Source: Eledone cirrhosa (Eukaryota). Taken from it: a stretch of 64,000 bases of DNA. Under the pieces are notes generated by a model. The model saw only the letters and a program-made list of their open reading frames with translations, did no database searches and was not told where the DNA came from. The position numbers and the translations under genes were made by a program. The stretch's first letter is position 1, and each line of letters opens with the position of its first letter. Below are positions 38,798 to 50,400 of the stretch, in pieces. Location of the stretch: contig OZ024741.1 in assembly GCA_964016885.1 (NCBI GenBank), positions 200,384,001 to 200,448,000 of the forward strand, in the 5' to 3' direction.

Positions 38798-40894
38798 TTA
38801 CCGTACTTTTGGTAGAGGAGGGATGGTTTTTACATCCCTTTTCACTTGATCGTCTGGTGAAGGGACCGTTGAATCGTCCCTTCGGCTGGTCGTCGGCTCT
38901 TCTAAGAGAATGTCTGAGTATACTCTTCGATTGATGGTTCCTCCTAGGTCCCTGAAATCACCAACTGCGTTGGGGAATTTCGTTTTAATATTTGTGTATT
39001 GTTTCTGTGCTATTTTTAGCAGTCTTATGTTAGTTGGCGTTTTGATTGGTGCTGGTATTATGTAGTCCTGTTGTGAAATGTCTGTGTGTTCAATTATGTA
39101 AGTCATTAGTTTCTTGTTGTGTGTATTTATTGCCGTGCATTTGTTTTTCTGGGGGTGGGGTGTGGTTCTGCTATTTTCTTGTCGTTGTTGCTGGGTGTGT
39201 GTGTTTTGTTGTTGTGTTTGCGATGTTGGTGCTTGTGGTGGTGGTGTTGAAGGTGTTGTTGGCGGTGGGGTTGTCGCCGGTGGTGATGGTGGCGCTAGTG
39301 TGGGTGGTGATGGTGTTGGTGTTGTTGTTGCTGTGGGTCTCTTTGCAGTAGACTTTACCCTTTTCTCATTTCTTTCCTCACTTTTCAAAGGCGACGATGC
39401 GCTGCTTCTGCGTTTGTGCCTTCTTACGACCTTTTGCCATCTCTCTCCCACCTCACACTCCATGTCTGATTCTGTGAGGTCGGGGAGGGGTACCAACTCC
39501 ACTCTTTCACTTGTTGTTGTTGGTGATGTTTGCACTGGAGTCTCTGTTGCAGCTGCATTTGGTATTGCTGTTGTTGTTGTTAGTATTTCCACTGCTGCTG
39601 CTGTTTTTGATTTCCGTGGAGTGGGTATGGGTGCCACGGGCCTATCGTTCCTGGTTGCCGCTTGTCCTGTTGCTGGTAGCCGTGGCGCCGGATTCGGAAG
39701 GAGGGGGGTTTTCTCCTTTCTCAGGGTCTTCTCGTTGCAGAAGGCCCTGAGGTGAGTCTTCGATCCACAGCGAAAGCATTTCGGGCGTTTGCCCTCAACA
39801 CTTATGGGCAGTTGAGTGCCGTTATCGAAGTCTATCACATCCGGGATAGCTTCGATGCACTCCTGGTTGGTTTGGATTAGCATCTCAATGGAGGAGCCGA
39901 CCCAATCTTCTCTTACTTTTTTCTGTACTTGCAGTACAGTTGTTTTGTCCTCGATTCCGACGAGGACAGACGCGGCCAGCCAAGAAGGGGTCATTCCGGG
40001 GGGGACGTGGGTCAGTTTGACCCTCACAATTTTTTGCCCGCAGTAGGAGGGCACCAACACCATTTCCTCGCTCCTTAGGGTCACTACTGATTGGGCCTTT
40101 GCCTCCTGGGGTGTGGCAAAAAGTACGTCTACGGTGGCGTATTTTTTGCCTCGGGTGATGTGCGTTTTCCTCTGCCACACAGACCCCAAGGCTTTTTGTA
40201 TTTGGGCCTCTGTGGCTCTTTCCACCCTACGGGATTTTGTACTTACTGTACGGTACGTGACCGTACAGTGCTCTTGGGTTTCGAAAAAATTTTTCGCTGC
40301 CTTGCAGATTGCTCGGTGTCCGTTCTTTGTCACCATCTTCTTCGCTTCCTCTAATTCCTCATTTGTTATGAGGATTGTTTCCAGGTTTTTCGCAATACCT
40401 GCAAATGAGATTGGTTTTTCTCTGCTGTTGTTGTTGTCGTCAGAGCTGCTGGTACTTTTGTTGTTGCTGCAGGTACTACGACTACTGCCTCCGCCGCTGT
40501 TGCTGTGGTTGTTGTTGGTGTTGCTGCTGCTAATGCTGTTGTTGTTTATGCTGCTGGTGATGCTGTTGCGGCTGCTACTGTTGTTTTCATTGTCACTGTT
40601 GCTGTTGTTATTACGGCTGCTACTGCTATTATTCCTGACGTCAGACGAATGAACTGGGTTTTCGTATTTCCCGCACACCTGTTTCGTCGCTGTCGTCGTC
40701 GTCGTGGAGAAACCTTGCACGCTTTGCACGAGACTTTTCTTTTCTTTCGTCGCTTGCGAAAGAGAAGGGAGGGAGAGAGACACATTTAAAGAAGGGAGGG
40801 AGAGAGACAATCTTCTCTCTGCTGTAGTGATGATTGAGGAAGAAGAAGACGGAATGAGTGGGAGTGACGTATGAAATTTCTTTTTGGTAGCCAT
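38798..40894 (-). CDS. Copy 2 ORF1 type B (Gag-like, zinc knuckle); probable start at MATKKK
   Basis: CFRCGSKTHLRAFC knuckle; Ser/Asn-rich N-terminus; ATG at 40894 corresponds to the start of copy 3 ORF 46290..46958. Confidence 0.9.
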   Translation of the reverse strand: MATKKKFHTSLPLIPSSSSSIITTAERRLSLSLPSLNVSLSLPSLSQATKEKKSLVQSVQGFSTTTTTATKQVCGKYENPVHSSDVRNNSSSSRNNNSNSDNENNSSSRNSITSSINNNSISSSNTNNNHSNSGGGSSRSTCSNNKSTSSSDDNNNSREKPISFAGIAKNLETILITNEELEEAKKMVTKNGHRAICKAAKNFFETQEHCTVTYRTVSTKSRRVERATEAQIQKALGSVWQRKTHITRGKKYATVDVLFATPQEAKAQSVVTLRSEEMVLVPSYCGQKIVRVKLTHVPPGMTPSWLAASVLVGIEDKTTVLQVQKKVREDWVGSSIEMLIQTNQECIEAIPDVIDFDNGTQLPISVEGKRPKCFRCGSKTHLRAFCNEKTLRKEKTPLLPNPAPRLPATGQAATRNDRPVAPIPTPRKSKTAAAVEILTTTTAIPNAAATETPVQTSPTTTSERVELVPLPDLTESDMECEVGERWQKVVRRHKRRSSASSPLKSEERNEKRVKSTAKRPTATTTPTPSPPTLAPPSPPATTPPPTTPSTPPPQAPTSQTQQQNTHTQQQRQENSRTTPHPQKNKCTAINTHNKKLMTYIIEHTDISQQDYIIPAPIKTPTNIRLLKIAQKQYTNIKTKFPNAVGDFRDLGGTINRRVYSDILLEEPTTSRRDDSTVPSPDDQVKRDVKTIPPLPKVR

Positions 40895-41107
40895 GTTTTT
40901 TTGTTTAAAATGAAATTTTGGGTACAAAACCCCAATAACTGGTTATTTAACCCCGAAGGGCCAAATAACGGACAGAAAGACCCCTCTCACGAGGAGGAGG
41001 GTGTCTTTATCAACAATTTGGTTCAAGTTTTAAACAATTTACAATTGTTTTAACGGTTAAAAATTACTATACCTTACAGAGCCGAGCCTCCGTCAACCAT
41101 GGCATTC

Positions 41108-41145
<38 letters not shown>

Positions 41146-41405
41146 TTTCTTTATTAACCACAAGGGTTTACATAAAGTAGACATTAAGGACAGTGCAGGA
41201 CAATGCAGGACGGTACAAATGGGCATTTCTGCGTGTAAAAAAACAAAAACAGAGGATGTAACAAAAATAACAATGAAAATAACAATGAAAAATTCCCCAA
41301 TAGGGGGGAGACTTCGGAGGGACATTTGTGGAGAAAGCCCAGTAAAAAGCCACAATGACCCTGACCACCAAGGCAAGTGCCCTCTCCCAGTTTTCCACCT
41401 TTAGT

Positions 41406-44400
41406 TTACAGATATATACTCAGAGTCGGCCCATTCACTCGGGCCATTCTTGCTTCTCTCACCCATCTTTCAACAAAATGCTGGGAAGAGAGCACCTCCT
41501 TCTCTACTCTGATTTTCCTTTTCAAATGAAATTTGAAAAAGTCAATCAGAGCATCACCGAAGAGGTAAGTGCTCGTCTTCAGCCCTTTCAAACGTGTCCA
41601 CCATACTATCTCTTTCGCCATGGCCACCAGACAGATAAAAACTGCCTGCCCTTCCCGGCTAAAGGAGGAGGGCGGGGCAATCCTCACGATAGACTCAGAT
41701 GATAGCTGGATCCGTCCTAAACGCGACAGCAGGTGTTCGACATAAACCCACAAGTCAGCAATTTTCGGACACTGGACGAGTGCGTGCAGGACGGTTTCGT
41801 CGCCCTGCGCGCATCTCGGACATGCCCGGCTGACGGCACCTCCATGCCTGTAGAGTTTATCCCGAACTGGCAAGGCTCCTCGGTAGCACTGCCAGGCCAG
41901 AGATTTCTGGAAGTTGTCCATAGGCCCTGGCCCGAAAGTTCTTCCGAAGAGATTGGCTAGTTGATTTTCGTCGACGCCTAGAGTTTCCCCAAGTACGTCG
42001 TCGCTCTTCCCCTCCACTAATCCTCTATAGAACGCCGAGGTGGAGTTTCCACCGATCACATTGCCCGATTGGTCGAGGGCTGTGAGCGCCTGAAGACATT
42101 CCAGTCTCCAGGCGCTCCCTCTCGGTCTTCGCTTGACCCAGGACTGCAGCTCCGTCAAGGAAACGAGCTGGGGAAAAACGCGTCTAGCAAACGGCGACCA
42201 CACCTGATCACCGTCGAGGAAGAGGTGGAGATGTCGTAGCCTGAGCGCGTGCCTGCGCATCATCAGCCACGGCATGCCCAGCCCTCCACGTAGCGGGTGT
42301 TGACAACAGATGGACCGCCTGACCATCGGAGCACGTCCCTTCCACAAAAAGCGAAAGAGCAAACGCTCCAGCGCAGTCAGGCGAGGTTTAGGACAAGGTA
42401 CGACGGTTAGGCGGTAGCAGATGACAGACGCGATGTACGCGTTAGCCACCTCCGCTCGACCTTTCAGGGATAGCTTCCTCTCCGCCCATTTCTGGGTGAG
42501 AGAAGCCACCCTGCTCGTCACCTCGTCCCAGTTTTTGTCCGTCTGGAGGTCCGGACCGAACCAGACCCCTAGCAATTTAACCGGTCCGTCCGTCCAGCGC
42601 CCGACGACGCTGTTGGACGGCATGGACCTGCCTCTCCAGGTGCCGAGCTGCAGGCCCACTGACTTTTCCTGGTTGATCATTGCTCCTGTCACCGCTTCGT
42701 ATTCTCTTAGTGTAGTGCCGATCGCCTCGATGTGTTTGGCGTTCGACACCACTACGGTGACATCGTCCGCATATGCTGACACGGATCTTCCGCATCCTAG
42801 TTCGCGCGGGACTCCCCTCAACGTCTCCAGTTTGTGCAGTAATGGCTCGAGAGTCAATACGTACAAGAGGGACGAGAGGGGACATCCTTGGCGGACCGAG
42901 CGCATGATGTTGAACGGTTCCGACAGGTGACCGTTCACTCTCACCACAGAGCAGATGTCGCTGTGCATGGCAGCGATCCAGCCTCTGAAGACGGGCCCAA
43001 AGCCAGCCGCCCTCAGGACTGCCGCTAGGTAACGATGGTCGACCCTATCGAAAGCTTTCGACTGATCTAAATTGATCAAGGACCCACCCGTGCCAGGTTC
43101 CCTAGCTACCCTCTCTACGATGTATCGCATGAGGTGGAGGTTGTCGTGGATGGATCTGTCGGGAATGGCGCATGTCTGCGCCTCTCCCACCAGACCACCA
43201 ACGACAAGCGCCAACCTCTTTGCTAGCACCTTGGCCAAAATCTTAAACTCTGTGTTTAGCAGAGTTATGGGCCGGAAATTGTCTATGTTATCCCCCTTGT
43301 TCGGATCCTTTCTCAGCAGTGCCACCGCTCCTCGGCTCACAGAACTGGGAATTCTCCCGTTCTGTTGCCAGTTGCAGTAGACGTCCGCCAAGAGGCCTCC
43401 GAACAAGTCTGGCATCTGTACGTAAAGTTCATAGGGCAGACCATCCAAACCAGGCGATTTACCCCTTGTGCAGCCAGTCATTGCCTCCCGTACTTCAGCG
43501 GCTGTTATCGGCTTTTCGCAACACCTCGCCTCAGTGGCCGAGAGCCGCGGCAGCCCGTCGAGGTAGACACTAAAGTCCATCCCTCTACCCGGCCCCCCGC
43601 TGCCCCCGAACAGCTGAGCGAAGTGTCGCTGAAAAGCTTCACACATTTGCCCGGGATCGAGTAGCATGCGCCCGTCGTGGTCCACCAAAGACCGGATCGT
43701 GGCTTTGTTGCCACGACGCGCCTCCGCCACTCGGGCCCATTGAACGGCTTTCGTCCCCTCGTGTCTGAGAGCACGCACCCTAGCTCTGACAACGCAGCCT
43801 TCGTGCTTTGCATTGAAGAATTGGTCAAGGGCCAATTTCGCCGCAAGCACGTCGGTCGCAATGCCTTTGCTAAGCGCCTCGTCTAATTTTCTAACTAGTT
43901 CTCCCTCTGCTCTATTTTTCTCTATTGCTAAAGCCTTACTAAATCTAATCGATTCTATTCTAATCGCTCTTTTCAGAGCAAACCACCACTTGTTGTTGAC
44001 GATGGCCCCCGTCAACGCCCGCTTAACTAGTTCGCTAATCCGGTCTCTGTAGGCCTTGCGCGCTGGTAAGGACGCGTTTAGCTTCCAGTAGCCGGGTCCT
44101 CGTCTATGAAGCCTATCTAAGTTAAGCACACAGATCACGAATTTGTGGTCCGTGTAGCTGACTATCTTGAATTGTGGACAGCCTATGCTAGACCTATCTA
44201 TTTCCCTACAAAATACTCTATCTAGATATGATCTGGATGACCCTATGCGGTTTGTCCAAGTCCACATTGGCACATTCGGGAAATCCAATCGGTACCTGTC
44301 AGACAGTTCAAAACGCCTGAGCAGGTTGGTGAGGCTCTTGCACCCTCCACCCCTATCCGCTAATCCCACACAGTCCCAGCGTGCATCTAAGATCCCGTTC

Positions 44401-44825
44401 CAGTCGCCCACTAACACTAAAGAGCGCGACGTTCCAAGAAAGGTCTCCAGACGCCGGAAGAAATCAGGCCGCCCTGCTCCTGTCGGGGCATAGACGGCCA
44501 CTAGCCTGAAAGCTTGCCCGTCTCCGCTGGTCACGTCCAGCACGACCAGCTTACCCTCTGGGTCCAGGAAGATGGCCCGTATGGCGAGATCCAAACCTCT
44601 CCGAAAAAGTACAGCAACTCCTCCACCGGATCCAGGACGGCTGGGAGATGCGTACACATCGTAGCCGCCGAAGATCGGTGCGAAGGCCCGTGCTTCGGAG
44701 ATTCTGGTCTCGCTGATGGCCACTACATCTATGTTTAGTGACCTGAGGTCGTTGAGCAGGTGACCCTGCTTCCATGACGACCCCAAGCCACGCGCATTTA
44801 TGCTGCCTATTCTGAGTGAGGTCAT
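41406..44825 (-). CDS. Copy 3 ORF2, 1139 aa, intact
   Basis: Differs from copy 2 ORF2 by only a handful of residues. Confidence 0.95.
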   Translation of the reverse strand: MTSLRIGSINARGLGSSWKQGHLLNDLRSLNIDVVAISETRISEARAFAPIFGGYDVYASPSRPGSGGGVAVLFRRGLDLAIRAIFLDPEGKLVVLDVTSGDGQAFRLVAVYAPTGAGRPDFFRRLETFLGTSRSLVLVGDWNGILDARWDCVGLADRGGGCKSLTNLLRRFELSDRYRLDFPNVPMWTWTNRIGSSRSYLDRVFCREIDRSSIGCPQFKIVSYTDHKFVICVLNLDRLHRRGPGYWKLNASLPARKAYRDRISELVKRALTGAIVNNKWWFALKRAIRIESIRFSKALAIEKNRAEGELVRKLDEALSKGIATDVLAAKLALDQFFNAKHEGCVVRARVRALRHEGTKAVQWARVAEARRGNKATIRSLVDHDGRMLLDPGQMCEAFQRHFAQLFGGSGGPGRGMDFSVYLDGLPRLSATEARCCEKPITAAEVREAMTGCTRGKSPGLDGLPYELYVQMPDLFGGLLADVYCNWQQNGRIPSSVSRGAVALLRKDPNKGDNIDNFRPITLLNTEFKILAKVLAKRLALVVGGLVGEAQTCAIPDRSIHDNLHLMRYIVERVAREPGTGGSLINLDQSKAFDRVDHRYLAAVLRAAGFGPVFRGWIAAMHSDICSVVRVNGHLSEPFNIMRSVRQGCPLSSLLYVLTLEPLLHKLETLRGVPRELGCGRSVSAYADDVTVVVSNAKHIEAIGTTLREYEAVTGAMINQEKSVGLQLGTWRGRSMPSNSVVGRWTDGPVKLLGVWFGPDLQTDKNWDEVTSRVASLTQKWAERKLSLKGRAEVANAYIASVICYRLTVVPCPKPRLTALERLLFRFLWKGRAPMVRRSICCQHPLRGGLGMPWLMMRRHALRLRHLHLFLDGDQVWSPFARRVFPQLVSLTELQSWVKRRPRGSAWRLECLQALTALDQSGNVIGGNSTSAFYRGLVEGKSDDVLGETLGVDENQLANLFGRTFGPGPMDNFQKSLAWQCYRGALPVRDKLYRHGGAVSRACPRCAQGDETVLHALVQCPKIADLWVYVEHLLSRLGRIQLSSESIVRIAPPSSFSREGQAVFICLVAMAKEIVWWTRLKGLKTSTYLFGDALIDFFKFHLKRKIRVEKEVLSSQHFVERWVREARMARVNGPTLSIYL

Positions 44826-44860
44826 GTTTAAAATAGAGTGGAAAAGATGGGAAAGACCAC

Positions 44861-46958
44861 TTACCGTACTTTTGGTAGAGGAGGGATGGTTTTTACATCC
44901 CTTTTCACTTGATCGTCTGGTGAAGGGACCGTTGAATCGTCCCTTCGGCTGGTCGTCGGCTCTTCTAAGAGAATGTCTGAGTATACTCTTCGATTGATGG
45001 TTCCTCCTAGGTCCCTGAAATCACCAACTGCGTTGGGGAATTTCGTTTTAATGTTTGTGTATTGTTTCTGTGCTATTTTTAGCAGTCTTATGTTAGTTGG
45101 CGTTTTGATTGGTGCTGGTATTATGTAGTCCTGTTGTGAAATGTCTGTGTGTTCAATTATGTAAGTCATTAGTTTCTTGTTGTGTGTATTTATTGCCGTG
45201 CATTTGTTTTTCTGGGGGTGGGGTGTGGTTCTGCTATTTTCTTGTCGTTGTTGCTGGGTGTGTGTGTTTTGTTGTTGTGTTTGCGATGTTGGTGCTTGTG
45301 GTGGTGGTGTTGAAGGTGTTGTTGGCGGTGGGGTTGTCGCCGGTGGTGATGGTGGTGCTAGTGTGGGTGGTGATGGTGTTGGTGTTGTTGCTGCTGTGGG
45401 TCTCTTTGCAGTAGACTTTACCCTTTTCTCATTTCTTTCCTCCCTTTTCAAAGGCGACGATGCGCTGCTTCTGCGTTTGTGCCTTCTTGCGACCTTTTGC
45501 CATCCCTCTCCCACCTCACACTCCATGTCTGATTCTGTGAGGTCGGGGAGGGGTACCAGCTCCACTCTTTCACTTGTTGTTGTTGGTGATGTTTGCACTG
45601 GAGTCTCTGTTGCAGCTGCATTTGGTATTGCTGTTGTTGTTGTTAATATTTCCACTGCTGCTGCTGTTTTTGATTTCCGTGGCGTGGGTATGGGTGCCAC
45701 GGACCTATCGTTCCTGGTTGCCGCTTGTCCTGTTGCTGGTAGCCGTGGAGCCGGATTCGGAAGGAGGGGGGTTTTCTCCTTTCTCAGGGTCTTCTCGTTG
45801 CAGAAGGCCCTGAGGTGAGTCTTCGATCCACAGCGAAAGCATTTCGGGCGTTTGCCCTCAACACTTATGGGCAGTTGAGTGCCGTTATCGAAGTCTATCA
45901 CATCCGGGATAGCTTCGATGCACTCCTGGTTGGTTTGGATTAGCATCTCAATGGAGGAGCCGACCCAATCTTCTCTTACTTTTTTCTGTACTTGCAGTAC
46001 AGTTGTTTTGTCCTCGATTCCGATTAGGACAGACGCGGCCAGCCAAGAAGGGGTCATTCCGGGGGGGACGTGGGTCAGTTTGACCCTCACAATTTTTTGC
46101 CCGCAGTAGGAGGGCACCAACACCATTTCCTCGCTCCTTAGGGTCACTACTGATTGGGCCTTTGCCTCCTGGGGTGTGGCAAAAAGTACGTCTACGGTGG
46201 CATATTTTTTGCCTCGGGTGATGTGCGTTTTCCGCTGCCACACAGACCCCAAGGCTTTTTGTATTTGGGCCTCTGTGGCTCTTTCCACCCTACGGGATTT
46301 TGTACTTACTGTACGGTACGTGACCGTACAGTGCTCTTGGGTTTTGAAAAATTTTTTCCGCTGCCTTGCAGATTGCTCGGTGTCCGTTCTTTGTCACCAT
46401 CTTCTTCGCTTCCTCTAATTCCTCATTTGTTATGAGGATTGTTTCCAAGTTTTTCGCAATACCTGCAAATGAGATTGGTTTTTCTCTGCTGTTGTTGTTG
46501 TCGTCAGAGCTGCTGGTACTTTTGTTGTTGCTGCAGGTACTACGACTACTGCCTCCGCCGCTGTTGCTGTGGTTGTTGTTGGTGTTGCTGCTGCTAATGC
46601 TGTTGTTGTTTATGCTGCTGGTGATGCTGTTGCGGCTGCTACTGTTGTTTTCATTGTCACTGTTGCTGTTTTTATTACGGCTGCTACTGCTATTATTCCT
46701 GACGTCAGACGAATGAACTGGGTTTTCGTATTTCCCGCACACCTGTTTCGTCGCTGTCGTCGTCGTCGTGGAGAAACCTTGCACGCTTTGCACGAGACTT
46801 TTCTTTTCTTTCGTCGCTTGCGAAAGAGAAGGGAGGGAGAGAGACACATTTAAAGAAGGGAGGGAGAGAGACAATCTTCTCTCTGCTGTAGTGATGATTG
46901 AGGAAGAAGAAAACGGAATGAGTGGGAGTGACGTATGAAATTTCTTTTTCGTAGCCAT
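44861..46958 (-). pseudogene. Copy 3 ORF1 type B with a +1 frameshift near 46345-46360
   Basis: ORFs 46290..46958 and 44861..46288 together match copy 2 ORF1; one extra base in the A/T run. Confidence 0.85.
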
Positions 46959-47455
46959 GTTGTTTTTTGTTTAAAATGAATATTGGGTACAAAACCCCAA
47001 TAACTGGTTATTTAACCCCGAAGGGCCAAATAACGGACAGAAAGACCCCTCTCACGAGGAGGAGGGTGTCTTTATCAACAATTTGGTTCAAGTTTTAAAC
47101 AATTTACAATTGTTTTAACGGTTAAAAATTACTATACCTTACAGAGCCGAGCCTCCGTCAACCATGGCATTCAATAATAATAATAATAATAATGATTTCT
47201 TTATTAACCACAAGGGTTTACATAAAGTAGACATTAAGGACAGTGCAGGACAATGCAGGACGGTACAAATGGGCATTTCTGCGTGTAAAAAAACAAAAAC
47301 AGAGGATGTAACAAAAATAACAATGAAAATAACAATGAAAAATTCCCCAATAGGGGGGAGACTTCGGAGGGACATTTGTGGAGAAAGCCCAGTAAAAAGC
47401 CACAATGACCCTGACCACCAAGGCAAGTGCCCTCTCCCAGTTTTCCACCTTTAGT

Positions 47456-50400
47456 TTACAGATATATACTCAGAGTCGGCCCATTCACTCGGGCCATTCT
47501 TGCTTCTCTCACCCATCTTTCAACAAAATGCTGGGAAGAGAGCACTTCCTTCTCTACTCTGATTTTCCTTTTCAAATGAAATTTGAAAAAGTCAATCAGA
47601 GCATCACCGAAGAGGTAAGTGCTCGTCTTCAGCCCTTTCAAACGTGTCCACCATACTATCTCTTTCGCCATGGCCACCAGACAGATAAAAACTGCCTGCC
47701 CTTCCCGGCTAAAGGAGGAGGGCGGGGCAATCCTCACGATAGACTCAGATGATAGCTGGATCCGTCCTAAACGCGACAGCAGGTGTTCGACATAAACCCA
47801 CAAGTCAACAATTTTCGGACACTGGACGAGTGCGTGCAGGACGGTTTCGTCGCCCTGCGCGCATCTCGGACATGCCCGGCTGACGGCACCTCCATGCCTG
47901 TAGAGTTTATCCCGAACTGGCAAGGCTCCTCGGTAGCACTGCCAGGCCAGAGATTTCTGGAAGTTGTCCATAGGCCCTGGCCCGAAAGTTCTTCCGAAGA
48001 GATTGGCTAGTTGATTTTCGTCGACGCCTAGAGTTTCCCCAAGTACGTCGTCGCTCTTCCCCTCCACTAATCCTCTATAGAACGCCGAGGTGGAGTTTCC
48101 ACCGATCACATTGCCCGATTGGTCGAGGGCTGTGAGCGCCTGAAGACATTCCAGTCTCCAGGCGCTCCCTCTCGGTCTTCGCTTGACCCAGGACTGCAGC
48201 TCCGTCAAGGAAACGAGCTGGGGAAAAACGCGTCTAGCAAACGGCGACCACACCTGATCACCGTCGAGGAAGAGGTGGAGATGTCGTAGCCTGAGCGCGT
48301 GCCTGCGCATCATCAGCCACGGCATGCCCAGCCCTCCACGTAGCGGGTGTTGACAACAGATGGACCGCCTGACCATCGGAGCACGTCCCTTCCACAAAAA
48401 GCGAAAGAGCAAACGCTCCAGCGCAGTCAGGCGGGGCTTAGGACAAGGTACGACGGTTAGGCGGTAGCAGATGACAGACGCGATGTACGCGTTAGCCACC
48501 TCCGCTCGACCTTTCAGGGATAGCTTCCTCTCCGCCCATTTCTGGGTGAGAGAAGCCACCCTGCTCGTCACCTCGTCCCAGTTTTTGTCCGTCTGGAGGT
48601 CCGGACCGAACCAGACCCCTAGCAATTTAACCGGTCCGTCCGTCCAGCGCCCGACGACGCTGTTGGACGGCATGGACCTGCCTCTCCAGGTGCCGAGCTG
48701 CAGGCCCACTGACTTTTCCTGGTTGATCATTGCTCCTGTCACCGCTTCGTATTCTCTTAGTGTAGTGCCGATCGCCTCGATGTGTTTGGCGTTCGACACC
48801 ACTACGGTGACATCGTCCGCATATGCTGACACGGATCTTCCGCATCCTAGTTCGCGCGGGACTCCCCTCAACGTCTCCAGTTTGTGCAGTAATGGCTCGA
48901 GAGTCAATACGTACAAGAGGGACGAGAGGGGACATCCTTGGCGGACCGAGCGCATGATGTTGAACGGTTCCGACAGGTGACCGTTCACTCTCACTACAGA
49001 GCAGATGTCGCTGTGCATGGCAGCGATCCAGCCTCTGAAGACGGGCCCAAAGCCAGCCGCCCTCAGGACTGCCGCTAGGTAACGATGGTCGACCCTATCG
49101 AAAGCTTTCGACTGATCTAAATTGATCAAGGACCCACCCGTGCCAGGTTCCCTAGCTACCCTCTCTACGATGTATCGCATGAGGTGGAGGTTGTCGTGGA
49201 TGGATCTGTCGGGAATGGCGCATGTCTGCGCCTCTCCCACCAGACCACCAACGACAAGCGCCAACCTCTTTGCTAGCATCTTGGCCAAAATCTTGAACTC
49301 TATGTTTAGCAGTGTTATGGGCCTGAAATTATCTATGTTCGCATCCTTTCTCAGCAGCGCCACCGCTCCTCGGCTCACAGAGCTGGGAATTTTCCCGTTC
49401 TGTTGCCAGTTGCAGTAGACGTCCGCCAAGAGAGGCCTCCGAACAAGTCTGGCATTTGTACGTAAAGTTCAACGGGCAGACCATCCAAACCAGGCGATTT
49501 ACCCCTTGTGCAGCCAGTCATTGCCTCCCGTACTTCAGCGGCTGTTATCGGCTTTTCGCAACACACCGCCTCAGTGGCCGAGAGCCGCGGCAGTCCGTCT
49601 AGGTAGACACTAAAGTCAATCCCTCGATCCGGCCCGCCGCTGCCCCCGAACAGTTGAGCGAAGTGTCGCTGAAAAGCTTCACACATTTGCCCGGGATCGA
49701 GTAGCATGCGCCCGTCGTGGTCCACCAAAGACCGGATCGTGGCTTTGTTGCCACGACGCGCCTCCGCCACTCGGGCCCATTGAATGGCTTTCGTCCCCTC
49801 GATTCTGAGAGCACGCACCCTAGCTCTGACAACGCAGCCTTCGTGCTTTGCATTGAAGAATTGGTAAGGGCCAATTTGGCAGCAAGTACGTCGGTCGCGA
49901 TGCCTTTGCTAAGCGCCTCGTCTAATTTTCTAACTAGTTCTCCCTCTGCTCTGTTTTTCTCTATAGCTAAAGCCTTACTAAACCTATCGCTCTTTTCAGA
50001 GCAAACCACCACTCGTTGTTGACGATGGCCCCCGTCAACGCCCGCTTAACTAGTTCGCTAATCCGGTCTCTGTAGGCCTTGCGCGCTGGTAAGGACGCGT
50101 TTAGCTTCCAGTAGCCGGGTCCTCGTCTATGAAGCCTATCTAAGTCAAGCACACAGATCACGAATTTGTGGTCCGTGTAGCTGACTATCTTGAATTGTGG
50201 ACAGCCTATGCTAGACCTATCTATTTCCCTACAAAATACTCTATCTAGATATGATCTGGATGACCCTATGCGATTTATCCAAGTCCACATTGGCACATTC
50301 GGGAAATCCAATCGGTACCTGTCAGACAGTTAAAAAGCCTGAGCAGGTTGGTGAGGCTCTTGCACCATCCTCTCCTATCCGCTAATCCCACACAGTCCCA

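Larger units (their letters stand above)
35080..41107 (-). mobile_element. Tx1/L1-clade retrotransposon, copy 2 (type B), intact and potentially active
   Basis: Uninterrupted ORF1 and 1139-aa ORF2; complete UTRs; flanked by (AAT)17 and (AAT)12. Confidence 0.95.
41144..47172 (-). mobile_element. Tx1/L1-clade retrotransposon, copy 3 (type B)
   Basis: Near-identical to copy 2, same 5' and 3' ends; flanked by (AAT)12 and (AAT)7. Confidence 0.95.

Noticed and set aside
30378-48980. Recurrent plus-strand ORFs (e.g. 169-aa MTDAMY...) in each Tx1 copy
   Set aside because: Antisense shadows of GC-rich ORF2; they recur only because the copies are near identical
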